Shown piece by piece: positions 24,051 through 37,861 of a stretch of 64,000 nt of DNA (position 1 is its first letter; every line of letters begins with the position of its first letter). The translations under genes were made by a program, and so were the position numbers. The notes below the pieces were generated by a model. It worked only from the letters and a program-made list of their open reading frames with translations. It ran no database searches and was not told the origin of the DNA. Source of the stretch: Octopus vulgaris (taxonomy: Eukaryota); NCBI GenBank assembly GCA_951406725.2, contig OX597827.1, positions 83,700,001 to 83,764,000 on the forward strand, in the 5' to 3' direction.

Positions 24051-25186
24051 AATACCTGTGTGATCGATACTGTGTGATCGATACAGGTGAAGTCTAGTCC
24101 GAGCATGGGGGACAGGGGGATAATTCGGATGGAAAGGATTTTTTTATTTGGGTAATCGTACGAGGTTCAGTGAGTAGAACACACATTCACAAAGGATTAC
24201 TGAAAATAGGCAAAAGTAGAAAAGTTAAGACTGGTTCAATTTGAGCTTCGATCCAGCATCTTGGAAAGGAAAACGGAGGAGAGAAGTCGCTTGGATCGAC
24301 TTTGCTCTGCTTGGCTTCCATTGTTGGAAATATCAAATAGAGAACAGAGAGAGAGAGGGGGGGGATGAGAGAGAGAGAGATACAGAGAAAAAGAGCGAAA
24401 TGAGGGAGATAAAGAGAGAAAGAGGGAGATAGAGAGAAAAAGGGAGAAAGAGAGAGAGATAAAGACAGAGAGACAGAAATGAGAGAGAGAGAGAGAGAGG
24501 TAAAGGGAGAGAGGCAAAAGAAGACGGGAGAGTTTGTTCATAAATTATTTCGTTCCTTCTTTTATACATTTTGATTAATAATGGAAAGAAAAAATATCCA
24601 TTAAACGTGAAAAATTTTCTCAGGAGATTTCTTTGTCAATTGTTCACAGATTTCAGAAATGTCGTTAATAAGGGCTGCAGATTTCTACTGGACTGAAGGG
24701 TGAGGACAGGGCATTCAGCTGGTAATGTCTGCGATGATAGGGAGGTTTGCACTGCAGAAATAGGGGAGAAGTATAAGGATCAAGTGAGGGTCTTGTACAG
24801 AAAATCTTGGTCAGGCTTGGGAGGACCGTGTAGGGTGGACATACTCAGGGCATCTATGGCAGCCGATCAAAGACCGACCGACCACCCATCCATCCATCTA
24901 CCCCCACCACATATATATATATATCAAACGGATTTCAATATTTGGCACAAGAAATTTCAAGAAGGCAAATCGATTTAATCTGCTCCAGAACTCGACCAGT
25001 ATTTATTCAATCAACCACAAAAGGATAAAGGGCAAAGTCGACCCTGGCGGAATTCGAATTCAGAACATAAAGTTGAAAGAAATGTCGCTAAGCATTTTGT
25101 CCGGTAACAATAAAGTAATACGGTGTATTATTTAATACACCTCATACACATATGTATGCTATACTACGTGATTTCATTTAGAGTTA

Positions 25187-27790
25187 AATAATGTGCTCAG
25201 GTGCACCACAACTTGTCAAAAGTGCGTATAAAGCATATGCAGTAATGTACAAATGTCTGGAAAGTGAACTGTGTATGAGTCAGATACATGCTTGCGTGTG
25301 TATGGGGGGGAGGAAATCAGGTGTAGTGTTGGCGAATCTCAGGAAGCATGGAAGTTTTGAAGGATGCAGTGCTCCGACAACTAACAACTGATGCCAGCAG
25401 TTTGTTCCATGCTTCAGCAACTCTTAGCGTGAAAAAATGTTTCCTGAAGTCATGGGAGCTGTGCTGTTTTCTTACTTTGTAAATATGTCCACGGGTGTTA
25501 GACAGGTGGAGTTTGAAAAGGTGCTCAGAGTTATTGTTTGTAAGATGGTGAATAATTTTATGGGTGTCTGCCAAGTCAGCTGCCAGACGTCGGAGTTTCA
25601 ATGTGTCCATGCCCAGGGAAGTAAGGCGTTCAGGATATGGCAAATGCCTGATGGAGGGTATTCTTTTGGTTGCACGTTGCTGAACAGCTTCCAGACGATT
25701 AATATCCTGGGCAAAATAGGGGTTCCAGACCGGTGATGCAAATTCCAGGTGAGGTCTTACCATAGCTATATAAAGCCGCAGATAGATAGCCGGAGAGCGG
25801 TTCACAAAGGATTTGGTGAGTGATGCCAAGACACCCTCAGCCTTCTTGACAATTTTAGCGATGTGTTTTGTCCAACGCAAATCACTGTCGACAATAACAC
25901 CCAGGTCACGTTCACATGAAGACTTTTTGAGACTAGTGTTGTGGAGGGAGTAGGTGGACGCTGGGTTTCTCCTCCCAAAATGCATGGTGGTACATTTGTC
26001 CACAGCCAGCTTGAGTTGCCAGTCCATGATCCACTGCTGCATTGTGTCCATGTCTGCTTGCAATAGAGATCTATAGTGTACAGGATCTGACCTCTTTATT
26101 TCGAGGTACAGCTTGATGTCATCTGCATACTTCAGCACTGTGGCATTCTTTAAGTTGACATCTATGTCATTAACATATGCAACAAATAAAAGGGAGCCAA
26201 GAACAGATCCCTGTGGTACACCAGATGTCATCTCATAGGGTGAAGAGTGCTGTCCTAGAACTGCGACAACCTCTTTTCGGCCGATAATAAAGGACTTTAA
26301 CCAGTTATAGAGTTCGTCTCTTACACCCATTGCAGAAAGTTTCACCATAAGTCTTTTGTGTGGCACAGAATTAAAAGCCTTAACAAAGTCCAGGTAAACA
26401 ACATCCACCCAGGATCCGCGATCAGTGATTCGAGTAATGTCCTCAAGAAACTCGATGAGTTGATTACAGTAGCTGGAGTTTGGAATAAAACCAAATTGTG
26501 ACGGCTGGATGAGGCTGTGAGACTTCCAGAAGTTCCAGAGGGTTTCCCTCAGTTTGGCGAGGCAGCTAGTAAGACTAACGGGGCGATAGTTGACAGGCGA
26601 TGTGCGGTCACCTTTTTTGAACAGAGGGATAACACTTGCAGTTTTCCACTGCTCTGGAGTAACACCATTGTCAAGACAGAATTGAAAGAATAGTGAAAGT
26701 TGGTTTAGAAGAAAGTACCCACTGCGTTTGAGAAGTAGTTTTGCAACACCATCGAGACCAGGAGAGGCATAGTTACGTTTATTCTTAAGGTTGTAGCATT
26801 GCTGGTGTAAGTTTCATAGTAGTTATAGAGTCCGGTGTCAGAGGTGATGGAGATGGAATATTTCGATCTTCGACAGTAAAGATGCCTGCATAGCATCCAG
26901 CAATGATTTCTGCACATTCTTTGGGATTGCCAGTAATCTGTCCTGTGTGGGGATTGCGAAGGGAACCAACTGGAGAGTGAGGTCTCTGCTTTGAGTGTAC
27001 ATACTTCCAGAACACTTTGCTGTCAGGGTTGGTTGCTATGCGCTGTTCGAATTCAAGCACTGCCTTTTTTGTCACCTGCTTGAAGTGGTTGGCTGATCTA
27101 TTGCGCTTTTTCCTGTTGATCTCTGAATTGTGCAATGTGTATTCCTGTTCAGCATTACGGCGTCCTTTCCTGGCAAGTCGGACTGCTGCAGTCTCCCAAA
27201 TTGCACTATTGTGTGTTTTTTTGTGTTTGCGTGGTACTGATGCTGCACATGGCGCCCAAATTGAATTCAGAATGTTCTGGAGTATAGTGTCCACATCTCC
27301 AGAGGCATAAAATTCGAGACAGTTTGGGCGTTGCAGCTCAGTACAATAAGAGCTCCAGTCTGCTTTATTCCAGTCAAAGCGGGCAGTCTGAAGAGGGTTG
27401 TGGTTTTTGTTACAACCAGTCAGAGACAAGTCGACCATGATCATGGAATGATCAGAGTCACCTAAAAGTTCTTCAGTAGTGACACTGATAATTGTTTCAG
27501 GAGAAGCGGTAAGTAGCAGATCCAAAGTGTTGTTACCTCTTGTGGGGGAGGTAACGACTTGGGACCAATTTGAATTCAGCACCAGTTCAAGGAAATCGTC
27601 TGCACTTTGCGGCCAACGGAAGGCCTCCCAGTCAATCTCAGGGAAATTGAAGTCCCCTGCAATATAAACATAAGTGGCTGTTTACATGGCAGCAGCTCTG
27701 AGGATATCAAAAAGTTGTGTGTATTGACGATAATTTGGGGGGCGGTAAACAACTCCAAGTAGAAGTGTTGACATGGTCATGTGTATATTG
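25187..27790 (-). mobile_element. CR1/L2-group LINE (APE endonuclease + RT), disrupted; related to the 2552-4240 copy
   Basis: EN motifs GDFNFP, TLDLLL and GDSDH; RT ORF 25317-26408. Frameshift near 26785 and a short deletion near 26551. 3' terminal motif GTGCACCTGAGCAC is shared with the first copy. Confidence 0.92.
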
Positions 27791-28466
27791 CAGAAAAAGG
27801 TAAAATTATTTTACCTTATAAAAGGTAAAATTATTAAAAACATTCATTTTTAATTGCTGTATTGATATTAAATCTGATATTGATTCCTAACTTTACTGTA
27901 AACCTAAATTTTATTCTGTTTTCATTTTAAATACGCATTATAATCAGGGATTTTCTTCAAAACTGTAACTTCCCCTTTTATTCCTTTTGAAATACAAAAT
28001 ACATACATAAAAGAATTTTTAAATGATTTACAAATTGAGTTAATGGGGCGACAAGAGATTGGATCAGGTTTCATGTTTATTAATTTTTTTTAGTTTTGTA
28101 TGATTTGTTATAAAAATATTATGACATTCAATACGATGTTTCATCTTTTCACTTTTCATGTTTATTAAGGTTTTCATTTTTCTTCTTCTTTTATTGAGGG
28201 CTAAAAAATTTTTTATTACGGAGATGTACTTGCATAGCAAGCGACCTGATCTGAGATCGTGCGTTGGAACGAAAGCAATTGCAACGTGGAAGGTGTTTAT
28301 AAACCACTTAAAAACACACAAAAAAAACACCCCGTCAGATTCCCTTCAACATTTAAATTAAATATTTACCAAAATGTTTTCGTCGCTTTGAGACCACGAC
28401 CCGTTCACTGACAAAATTCCGTGCTGCACCTGAGAAAGTAACAGTTAGTTCATGATATATATATGT

Positions 28467-28467
<1 letters not shown>

Positions 28468-28563
<96 letters not shown>

Positions 28564-28790
28564 CGCGCGCGTGTGTGTGTGTATGTATGTATGTATGTAT
28601 ACCTGCCTGCATGCATGCATGCATGCATGTATGTATGTATGTATGTATGTATGTATGTATGTATGTATGTATGTATGTATATGTATGTATGTATGTATGC
28701 ATGCATGTATGTATATATATGTATGTATGTATGTACTTATGTATGCATGCATGCATGTATGTATATATATGTATGTATGTATGTATGTAT
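28468..28790. repeat. Compound (TG)n(CG)n/(TATG)n microsatellite
   Basis: Direct reading. Confidence 0.95.
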
Positions 28791-30630
28791 GATTGATTGA
28801 TTGATTGATTGATTCTAGTTTCAGCTTATGAGCTGTGGCTATGCTGGGGCACCGCCATTTGGTGTTGCTACTTGGTTTCACTTCATGGAGGCTTTCTAGC
28901 AACTGCTATTTGGTGCATGAGAGAGTTCGATGCAGCTGCCCTCATCTGCCCCTCCAGCCGTGATGTTGGTTCATCTGGGACACCTGACAGGAAGAGATCC
29001 AGCTTCATTTTAAAGACAACTGTATCCACCCCATGCAGGTCTCTCAGGTTCTTCGGGAGGATATTGAAGAGCTGTGGGCCTCGGAAGCCCAGGCTATCAC
29101 AGAATCTTGTCCTACATCTTGATGGCAGGTTTGGAGTCCTAGGCACCACGCAGTGGCGCCCAGTTCTAGCATTTGCGTAACTCTCGATGCCAAAGTTCAG
29201 GACACTTCCCTCCAGGATCTTCCAGATGTATATTATGGCATATCTTTCCCGCCTACGCTCCAGGGAATATAATTTTAATCTCTTGAGTCTTTCCCAGTAG
29301 CTTACATTCTGCATAGAGGCTATCTTCTTCGTGTAGCTTCGTTGGATCGCCTCAAGTTCTGTGATCAACTTGACACTGGATGGTGACCATAGCTGAGAGC
29401 AATAGTCAAAGTGGCTTAGGACAAGTGTCTTCCAGAGGACCATCATGGTTTCTTGTTCTCTTGTTCTAAAGGTTCTAAGAATCCATCCAGCCAGCCGTCT
29501 ACATTTCATTGTCAGTTTAGCAACATGTACATGAAAGGTCGCGTCATCACTCATGTGAATACCCAGGTCACGCACTGATTGTGCCTCTGGGATTGCAATC
29601 CCTCCGGGTCCAGTGTATTCATTGGGTATTGCATTCAGTTTTGCATGCTGATAGTATAAAGCTTGAAACTTTCCAGCATTGAACTGCATGCTATTCTTTT
29701 CAGCCCACTTGTATATTTCGTCCAGCTCACATTGCAGGTGTTTAGTGTCCTCAGGGTTCTGTATTGCCTGTGAAACTTTTGTATCATCTGCATAACTTGT
29801 GATCGTGGCTCTCTGCGTGGCTGAGGGCATGTCTGAGAGGGCCATTATGAACAGTAGTGGTCCCAGAACAGTGCCCTGCGGAACACCGCTCACTATTTGT
29901 GTGTTAATGGAGGTGGCCCCATTGGCTACTACCACCTGACTTCTATCCTTCAGAAAGTCATGAAGCCATTCTCCCAGTTTTCCAACTATGTTGAGATCAC
30001 GCAGTTTGTGACATATCATTCCATGATCGACTTTATCAAAGGCCTTTGCAAAGTCGAGATATATCACTTCCACATTTGAGTGGTTGAGCAGCCGTTTCAG
30101 CACCCAGTCATAGTGTTGTAGGAGCTGAGTTAAACAGCTTCTCCCTGGTCGGAAACCATGTTGGGTGTCGGGCAGCAAGTCATTCTCTTCAAGGAAGGTG
30201 ATCAGCTTCCTTCTGACTATTCGTTCCGTGACCTTGCTGATGTGTGAGGTCAGAGAGATAGGTCTATAGTTCTTGGCTTCCGCTCTGCTACCTCCTTTAT
30301 GAATGGGGCATATTTTACCTTCCTTCAGTTTTCCTGGAAGTTTGCCAGCTGCAAGGAAGCTCTGAAAGAGGAACTGCAGTGGTCTTGCTAGGACTCTCTT
30401 ACATGCTTTTAGGAGGATTGCCGGGAATCCATCGGGGCCAGTAGCTGAGTCTGTTTTCATTTCATCTTTAGCCTTGGTTACATCGTCTTCCTTTATATCG
30501 ATGTAATCTATCGTCGCCGCCTCTGATTTTATATCTGCAGTGGTAAAAAAGTCAGTTGGATTGGTGATTTGGAGATGCCCAAGGGGTGGAGTGAAAACAC
30601 TCTTGAATTGCTCATTCAGTATTTCACTTA
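28790..30630 (-). mobile_element. 5'-truncated CR1/L2/Crack-group LINE (different family), intact RT frame, (TCAA)n tail
   Basis: 525-aa ORF 28883-30460 with ATGPDG, NYRPISLTS, QHGFR, YLDFAKAFD, GVPQGTVLGPLLF and YADD motifs. Tail seen as (GATT)n at about 28790-28814. Confidence 0.92.
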
Positions 30631-31363
30631 CGTATGTACTTATGTATGCATGTGAGTCTCTAAGTCTGCCACGAGGCTGTTGATTTTGGTAGTACTTGAC
30701 ATCGCCGAGTCACTACGGATTACCAGTGGATTAGCCATAGGTTTATAATAGCGTGAGCGGAGTAAACAGGGTTTAACAGTTCCGTTAATCAAAGTGTTTT
30801 CTATCCGTAGCACATTTTTTTCAGTTGAGGTATATAACCAAAAGTACCGATATTTCTCATAAAACGGGGAGAGATAACCCAATTTTTTAATGGGGGTGAG
30901 ATAACGAAAAACTTCCCTCCTAACTTTAGCATCGGGCTACGGCCACCGGGCCACGGCTCTTAAATTTTAGCAAAAAAATGTCAGTCTGTCTGGGCGGGAT
31001 TTCAAGCCAAAATGTTAACATTCGCAACTTAACCCAGTCACTCAAACAATACTTTTCACGGTTTATCAACTGTTCTGTTAATCAACAATTCCTGGTATTA
31101 AAAAAAAATTACTCCTCATCCTAAAGTTTAATAATCTAATTTCACAGGGATATTTATTTAAAATACTAATTATTGATTAAAGAAGAGAAATAAAATCAAA
31201 AGGGAGTTAACTACAGAAAAGGTTTTTAGAGTGATCTCCCTTGAATAATTATCTACGCCTTCTATTCAGTTTGGAATATTGTATTTAACGTAACCATAAC
31301 CAAATATTGTCGTCTTAATTCAGATTTATGAAGATAAGGTTGACCTATGATAAAGAGACATTC

Positions 31364-31661
31364 GGTACTAGTATCGTAGAGTGGTCCCGGTTTGTGCAGA
31401 CGCGCGTCCGTGCTAGCCAGACGTAGGCAGTCGATCCTACGAGCTGACTGGCGCATGCACGATATATACGATATATACTTGCATCGATATATACGTGTTT
31501 ACGATATATACAAGTATATATCGTATATATCGATGCAAGTATATATCGTATATATCGTGCATGCGCCAGTCAGCTCGTAGGATCGACTGCCTACGTCTGG
31601 CTAGCACGGACGCGAGTCTGCGCGCGTGCGCAAACCGGGACCACTCTACGATACTAGTACC
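31364..31661. mobile_element. Foldback MITE with 9-bp TSD (Merlin- or Mutator-like)
   Basis: TIR GGTACTAGTATCGTAGAGTGGTCCCGGTTTG at both ends; almost fully palindromic; flanked by GAGACATTC at 31355-31363 and 31662-31670. Confidence 0.85.
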
Positions 31662-31727
31662 GAGACATTCTAGCCGTGGTCACCCCACTTTTTTTCTTTT
31701 ATAATAGATACAATTTATTTAAGATTA

Positions 31728-33086
31728 CCGTATTTGCCGGAAGAGTGGATGCGCTCTTCTTACTTTTAAATGTATCAAAAAATTACCCTGGGTCTAATGC
31801 AGCCGTATTGCAGATGGGAGACCGAGCGCCGTAGGGTAGGGAGCCGGACGAGCATAGAGGGTAAGTTCCCTAGGCACAAAAATTGTTGCTAATAATAAAA
31901 TAGTATAAACAAATTAAATTATTACTGTAAATTTTGTTACTAATAATAAGATATTGAAAACACTCCGAATTACCACAGTCTGTTATCACAAACTTACGAA
32001 AAATTGCTTACGAGACGTCGGCAGTTATGGGGAAGCTCACATCGTCTCACTTACCTCCTTCCCCAACATACGTAACCCATACTTAATATATATATTGCAT
32101 TATTTAACGACTGGGTTACCTTTGAGAAACATTTGTTCATTATCTAAATGAAAACTGCTCCCAGAGCTGATCTGAGAGGAGGCAAGAGCTGGAATAAGGT
32201 TTCCCATAACATAACGGTAAGTTTATTTTGGGTAAATTTCGTACAGAGTTCAAACCCATGGCTAAAAAACAAAAATAGGCACCGTTATAACACCAAATTT
32301 AAACTAGATGTCGTAACATACACAAAAGACAACGGTAATAGTTGTTTGGTATTTTGATCTACCACCAACCGAGAAAATGGTAAGAACGTGGAGGAAACAA
32401 GAAGAGCAGCTGAAAGCTGCCAAACATGGCAAACCCTGCTGACGTAGTTGTAAAGTTGTAAAGTGACCTGGACTAGAAGAAGAATTGAAAACAGATTTTA
32501 GAGCAAAGAAGATCGGGCTTTCAGTCACCACTAAAACGATCACGGACAGAGGTATCAATGATTTTAAAGGGTCAACAGCGTGGTGTTTCAGATTTATGAG
32601 GAGAAATAACCTCTGTATGAGGGCTAGGACAAGAACAGTACAAAATATGGCTCCTGAATATGAAGATCAAATACTTAAATTTCACAGGTATGTCATTAGT
32701 GAAAGAAAAGAAGTTCATTTTGAATTTTCCCAGATTGGAAATATGGACGAAATCTCTTTGACATCAAACAAGACGGTAGAATCGATGGGTGCTAAAATTG
32801 TGACTGTTGAAACATGTGGCCATGGAAAAACACACTAGAATGGTATTAGTATGCTGCACTGACACAAAACTGCTTTCTTTTTTAATTTTTAAAAGAAAGA
32901 CATTGCCTAAAGAAAGGATAGCCAATGGCATTTATGTTCATGTCCACCCAAATGGTTGGAAGGATGAGGGAGGAATGAAATTGTGGCTTGAAAAAGTGTG
33001 GTCCAGACGTCCTGGTGGGCTATTAAAGAAACCCACCTTATTGGCTTGGAACCAGTTCTTGCGACTCCATTGTCGATAAGACTACG
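31728..33086 (+). mobile_element. Decayed pogo/Tigger-like DNA transposon
   Basis: TA|CCGTATTTGCCGG left end. CENP-B-like HTH (FKGSTAWCFRFMRR), IGNMDE and GW.DE..MKLWLEKVW..RPG motifs in broken frames. Right end uncertain. Confidence 0.75.
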
Positions 33087-35012
33087 GCAAGTGAGGCGAA
33101 CGACTTGAAATGTTTCGTGTAGGGAATACATAAGAGGAGACAACTCATGTCAAGGCGTCTTTAATTGTTACTTCCCTTGCATCAGCATTCGTATAGTAAA
33201 CGTTTCAAGTGCTTAACTTGCATAAAGAACAGTTCAGATTGCACAATTTCTGTCTTTATTGTCTAAACATGCAGTTGCTTGTGGATATTTACTACAGATG
33301 GCGCTGAAGGAAGCAGAAATATAGATTTAGCAATTCCCTCGCTGCTGCTCAAGACTTTTCATCCACTGTTTTGTGGCTTTCTAAATTATTATGCATTAAG
33401 TATGGTATGCAAATTGCTGATTTGAACTAATGCTGCTTCCCTCGCTAATAAGTAAATAAATGGAAACTGCAGGGAAACCCATAAAGTAGATGGCATCGAA
33501 GACGTTTTGGTTTCTCTTCCTTCTCCTTCATCAACCTCAGAGGCCCTGTGAAGGTCATGAGTGAAACACTTCCCCACCCACTGAAAAAGGAGTAATTTTT
33601 TTTTATAAATGAGGTAAGACACATCTTAAATGAAACTGTTTCCTTTGAGGTTGACATCTGAGTTTAATGTAGAATGGGTTTTTGTCGATGAAACATCTCA
33701 GCCATTACACAGAGCTTTTTATCAGAACTGTAAAGCTCAGACAACTGAGGATGATCTGGACAGATGCTGAAACAATTTCTTCAGACGCTCAAGGGGACCT
33801 GAACTCACCATGACAAGATAAACAACCCCCATACAACAATTCCACACAACTGTAGTGTTGTCACAACAAAGTAACAAGTCACAGTTTCTTCTTTCTTTTC
33901 GTCAGACAAAAGTGAAATCTGGACGTGTTTGGAGAGGTTTTTTTTTCTACATCAAGTTTCGGCCTTGGACGGATTTGGAATGGTTGGTTGTTGCCGATTG
34001 GTTTGAGATGTTTGTTGGAGGCAAGATGCAGGCATCCATACTGGTCGTGTGATTTGATTAGTTAACAAAACAATTGAAGTAATTAAAGCAAATTAATGTA
34101 ATTAGCTATTTGTTAATTTGTGAGAATGTTTTCATCTGGAGTTTGAGAGTAGGAAGGGGGTGAGTTGATTAATTTAGCAATTGATATGTAATTAGCTGCT
34201 AATGAGAAGCTGAATGATTTGATTGGTTAAGGAAGTGAAGAGTGAATCATTGGTGAAAGCGAATGTGATTAAACAAGGCTGGAAATGTTTAGAAGGAGGG
34301 ACTGGAAGAAGAAGTATTCAGAGACAGAAATGGAGCAGGGAGGTGGTGACTTACAGACAGACTGAACATTTATTTCCTTTTAAATAATTTATTTCTACAA
34401 GAGGGGTGGGAGGAGAGAACAAAACAAACACAGAGAGAAGTAAAGAGACACACAGACACATGCGATGTAATTAAGAAAGAAATTTGAATTATTACTCAAG
34501 TGATATACACAATCACATTCTAAATTAACATCACCACATCCACCTCCATGCCTGTCTTGCCCACTACCACCTCACTGATTAGGTGTGAGGTGAAGTTTAC
34601 ATGTAAAATTGTGGAACGGTGCAGCTGTGACATTGTGCACAGCAGGGTAACCAAGGTAACCCAAGGCTAAACAACAACAACAAAAACAAGTTATATCAAT
34701 AAAAACAAACACAAAAGTTTCATTTAAAAACCTTTAGTTAAAATAATAAAAAGGAAAAACAGTTTCAAAATTGATAAATAAAGGTGTAAACACGGACTTA
34801 TTTTATGTATTACATATACATGTGTGTGTGTGTATATATATGTACATGCACACACACGTATATATACACAAACACACACACATTATATACATTTATATAT
34901 ATATATATACACACATATATATGTAAATATATATATATATATATACATATATATATACATACATATATACACACACACATATAAATATATATGTACATAT
35001 ATATATATGTAC

Positions 35013-35094
<82 letters not shown>

Positions 35095-35227
35095 ATATAT
35101 ATATATATAAAATAATCACATAAAAACATACTTTTTTACATAAATTTTTCCACCTGAAAAAAGCTGTAAATCAACAATAATTTTATAGGAAAGGATTTTT
35201 CTCTTTTTAAATATATCTTTCAAGGAT

Positions 35228-35294
<67 letters not shown>

Positions 35295-35520
35295 GTAAGG
35301 GTGTTTGTTTGTGTATGTGTGCATGCATATATATCGATATGTATATATATGTATGTGTATAGATGTCTCTCTCTCTCTATATATGTGTGTATGTGTCTAT
35401 ATATATGTGTGTGTATTACATGCATTGGAGCCTAGGCATGGTTGTATATAAATATGCATGCAAATTTGTGTGTGTCTACATACAGGTGTATATACATACA
35501 CACACACACACACATGTGTA

Positions 35521-35563
<43 letters not shown>

Positions 35564-35964
35564 CATACACATACCTGCTTGTTGTTCCCTCACCTGTCTG
35601 TCTTTTGTTTCTGTACATTTGAACCATATATATATATGTATATACCCATATAAATACATACATATATATATACACACATATCTGTATATACAAGGAGAGA
35701 GAGAGAGAGAGAGAGATGTTTTTTTCCTTCCATGTTTCTCATTGTTACTGGAGATGAAATGGTGAGACATAGAAGCATACCTGAATGATGTTAGCCATTA
35801 AACGAAGCAGCCATCACAAGGTGGGACGGAGGTGGGACGGAGAGGGGCCTTGAAGTGGGGGGTGGGGCGTGGGAGTACATTTGAAATTCTTCAAATAGTT
35901 ACGTCAGTTATTTGCTGAATAATATATGTTACCATTGCTACACACCTAGATATACACACAAGAA

Positions 35965-36002
<38 letters not shown>

Positions 36003-36799
36003 TGTATCCTTTCATCTTAATCTATGCATTAATTCTAAACAAGGTCTCCATCAAACAAACAGTGTCATCTGTCTAAAATCCCCTGTAGAAACATGTCCGG
36101 CCACTGAGCTGTTCGTTGTTTGAAGGACAAGGAGAAATATTATCTGAGTGGAAACCAGTGAGGGTTGGCAGCAGGAAGGGCATCCGGCTAAAGAGAAAAT
36201 CTGCCTCAGTAAGTTTTGCTTGAGCCACAGAAGCATAGAACTGCAGACGTGAAAATGTTGATGATGATGATGATGATGATGACAAATATACATTACACAC
36301 AGACACATATAAATATATACATATGTATATATACACACACACACACACAAACACACACAGAGGTAAAAATATATATTTATATCTGTACACACACACACAT
36401 ATCAAGTAAGAGTTTATTATAAAATATATGAAAAATTTATGAGTCTGTAAACAACAAAATACTGGCCAAGTACATTGAAGACACCACACGGATTTGAACC
36501 CTCTATCTCTTGCATACTGCTACCAGTTCCTCTCAATCCCTGTGTGATTGTATGCTTCTGTCTACACTGATGTTTGTCCTTCATAATGTGCATTTGCTGT
36601 TCAGTGGAGGTAGCTGTAGTGGTGGAGGGATCAAAATGGGGGAAGGAGGAAATGTTGAGGGTTTTCTCATCTCTGTTGGCCCTGGGGGGTTTCTAAGCCC
36701 TTGAGTAATTGGCAGATGGTGGGTCCTTAGGGCAATGTTATAGGGAGATATATAGGCAGAGGGGAGGGGGCTTGAATGGACAGGATATGGGAAGGCAGA

Positions 36800-36888
<89 letters not shown>

Positions 36889-37799
36889 ACGTTGGTTTGG
36901 AGAGTGAGAGATTAATGAAGAGGTATGAAACGATGTTAATGGAAAGAATCTGTTTCAAGAACTTTGAGAAGCTGCCCCTCACGTTGGAAGGGAGACAAAA
37001 GGAGCAGCGTTGAAACAGATTGATTCAAGACATGCCAGCATAGAAAGGCGCATGTATACTGATGAGAGGGCTGAGCATTGTGTGTCTATGTTTACGGGTG
37101 CGTGTGTGTCTTATGATGATGGCGAAACACCTGTAATTAGCAGTCTTGGATTAAATCCAAGGTGAGTCGTCTCAGCTATTATTCAGTGTCCTTTGGAAAG
37201 CTTTTTCCCAGACACTATTCTGCAGCAAATTCACTGTTGTGCATTCAATAATGTTTATATATATGCAGGTGTGTGTGTATGAATATATATATACTTGTAT
37301 ATATATTCATAGTGAAGGCATGTGACCTGTTGGTTAGGGTGTTGCACTCATGATCACTAGATTGTGGGTTCAATTCCCAGACTGTCCGCACATGGGTGTT
37401 CTTGAGCAAAACACTTCAGTTCATGTTGCTTCAGTCCACTCAGCTGTAAATGGGTCCACCCCTGCAGTAGACTGGCCTTCCGATCAGGGGCAATGTTGGC
37501 CCTGCTTGCCGAGACAGTAGACTGGTGTCATTCAAAAGCTAAAATAATGTGAAGCACATTGTGACCAGTGATGTATAACATCCAATAGTCTGGTCAATAC
37601 CATAATACACACACACACATACATTTGAGCATGTCTTGCATGTATATATATATATGCAATGTGTGATGGTGTGTTCATGTAGTGTATGTGTGTTGTAGTG
37701 TAGTTAAATGTGATTCTTAAGATACTAAGGTGTGTATGCATATATATATATATATATATTGTTATATATATATAAATCTTGCACAACAAATATTTAAAC

Positions 37800-37861
<62 letters not shown>

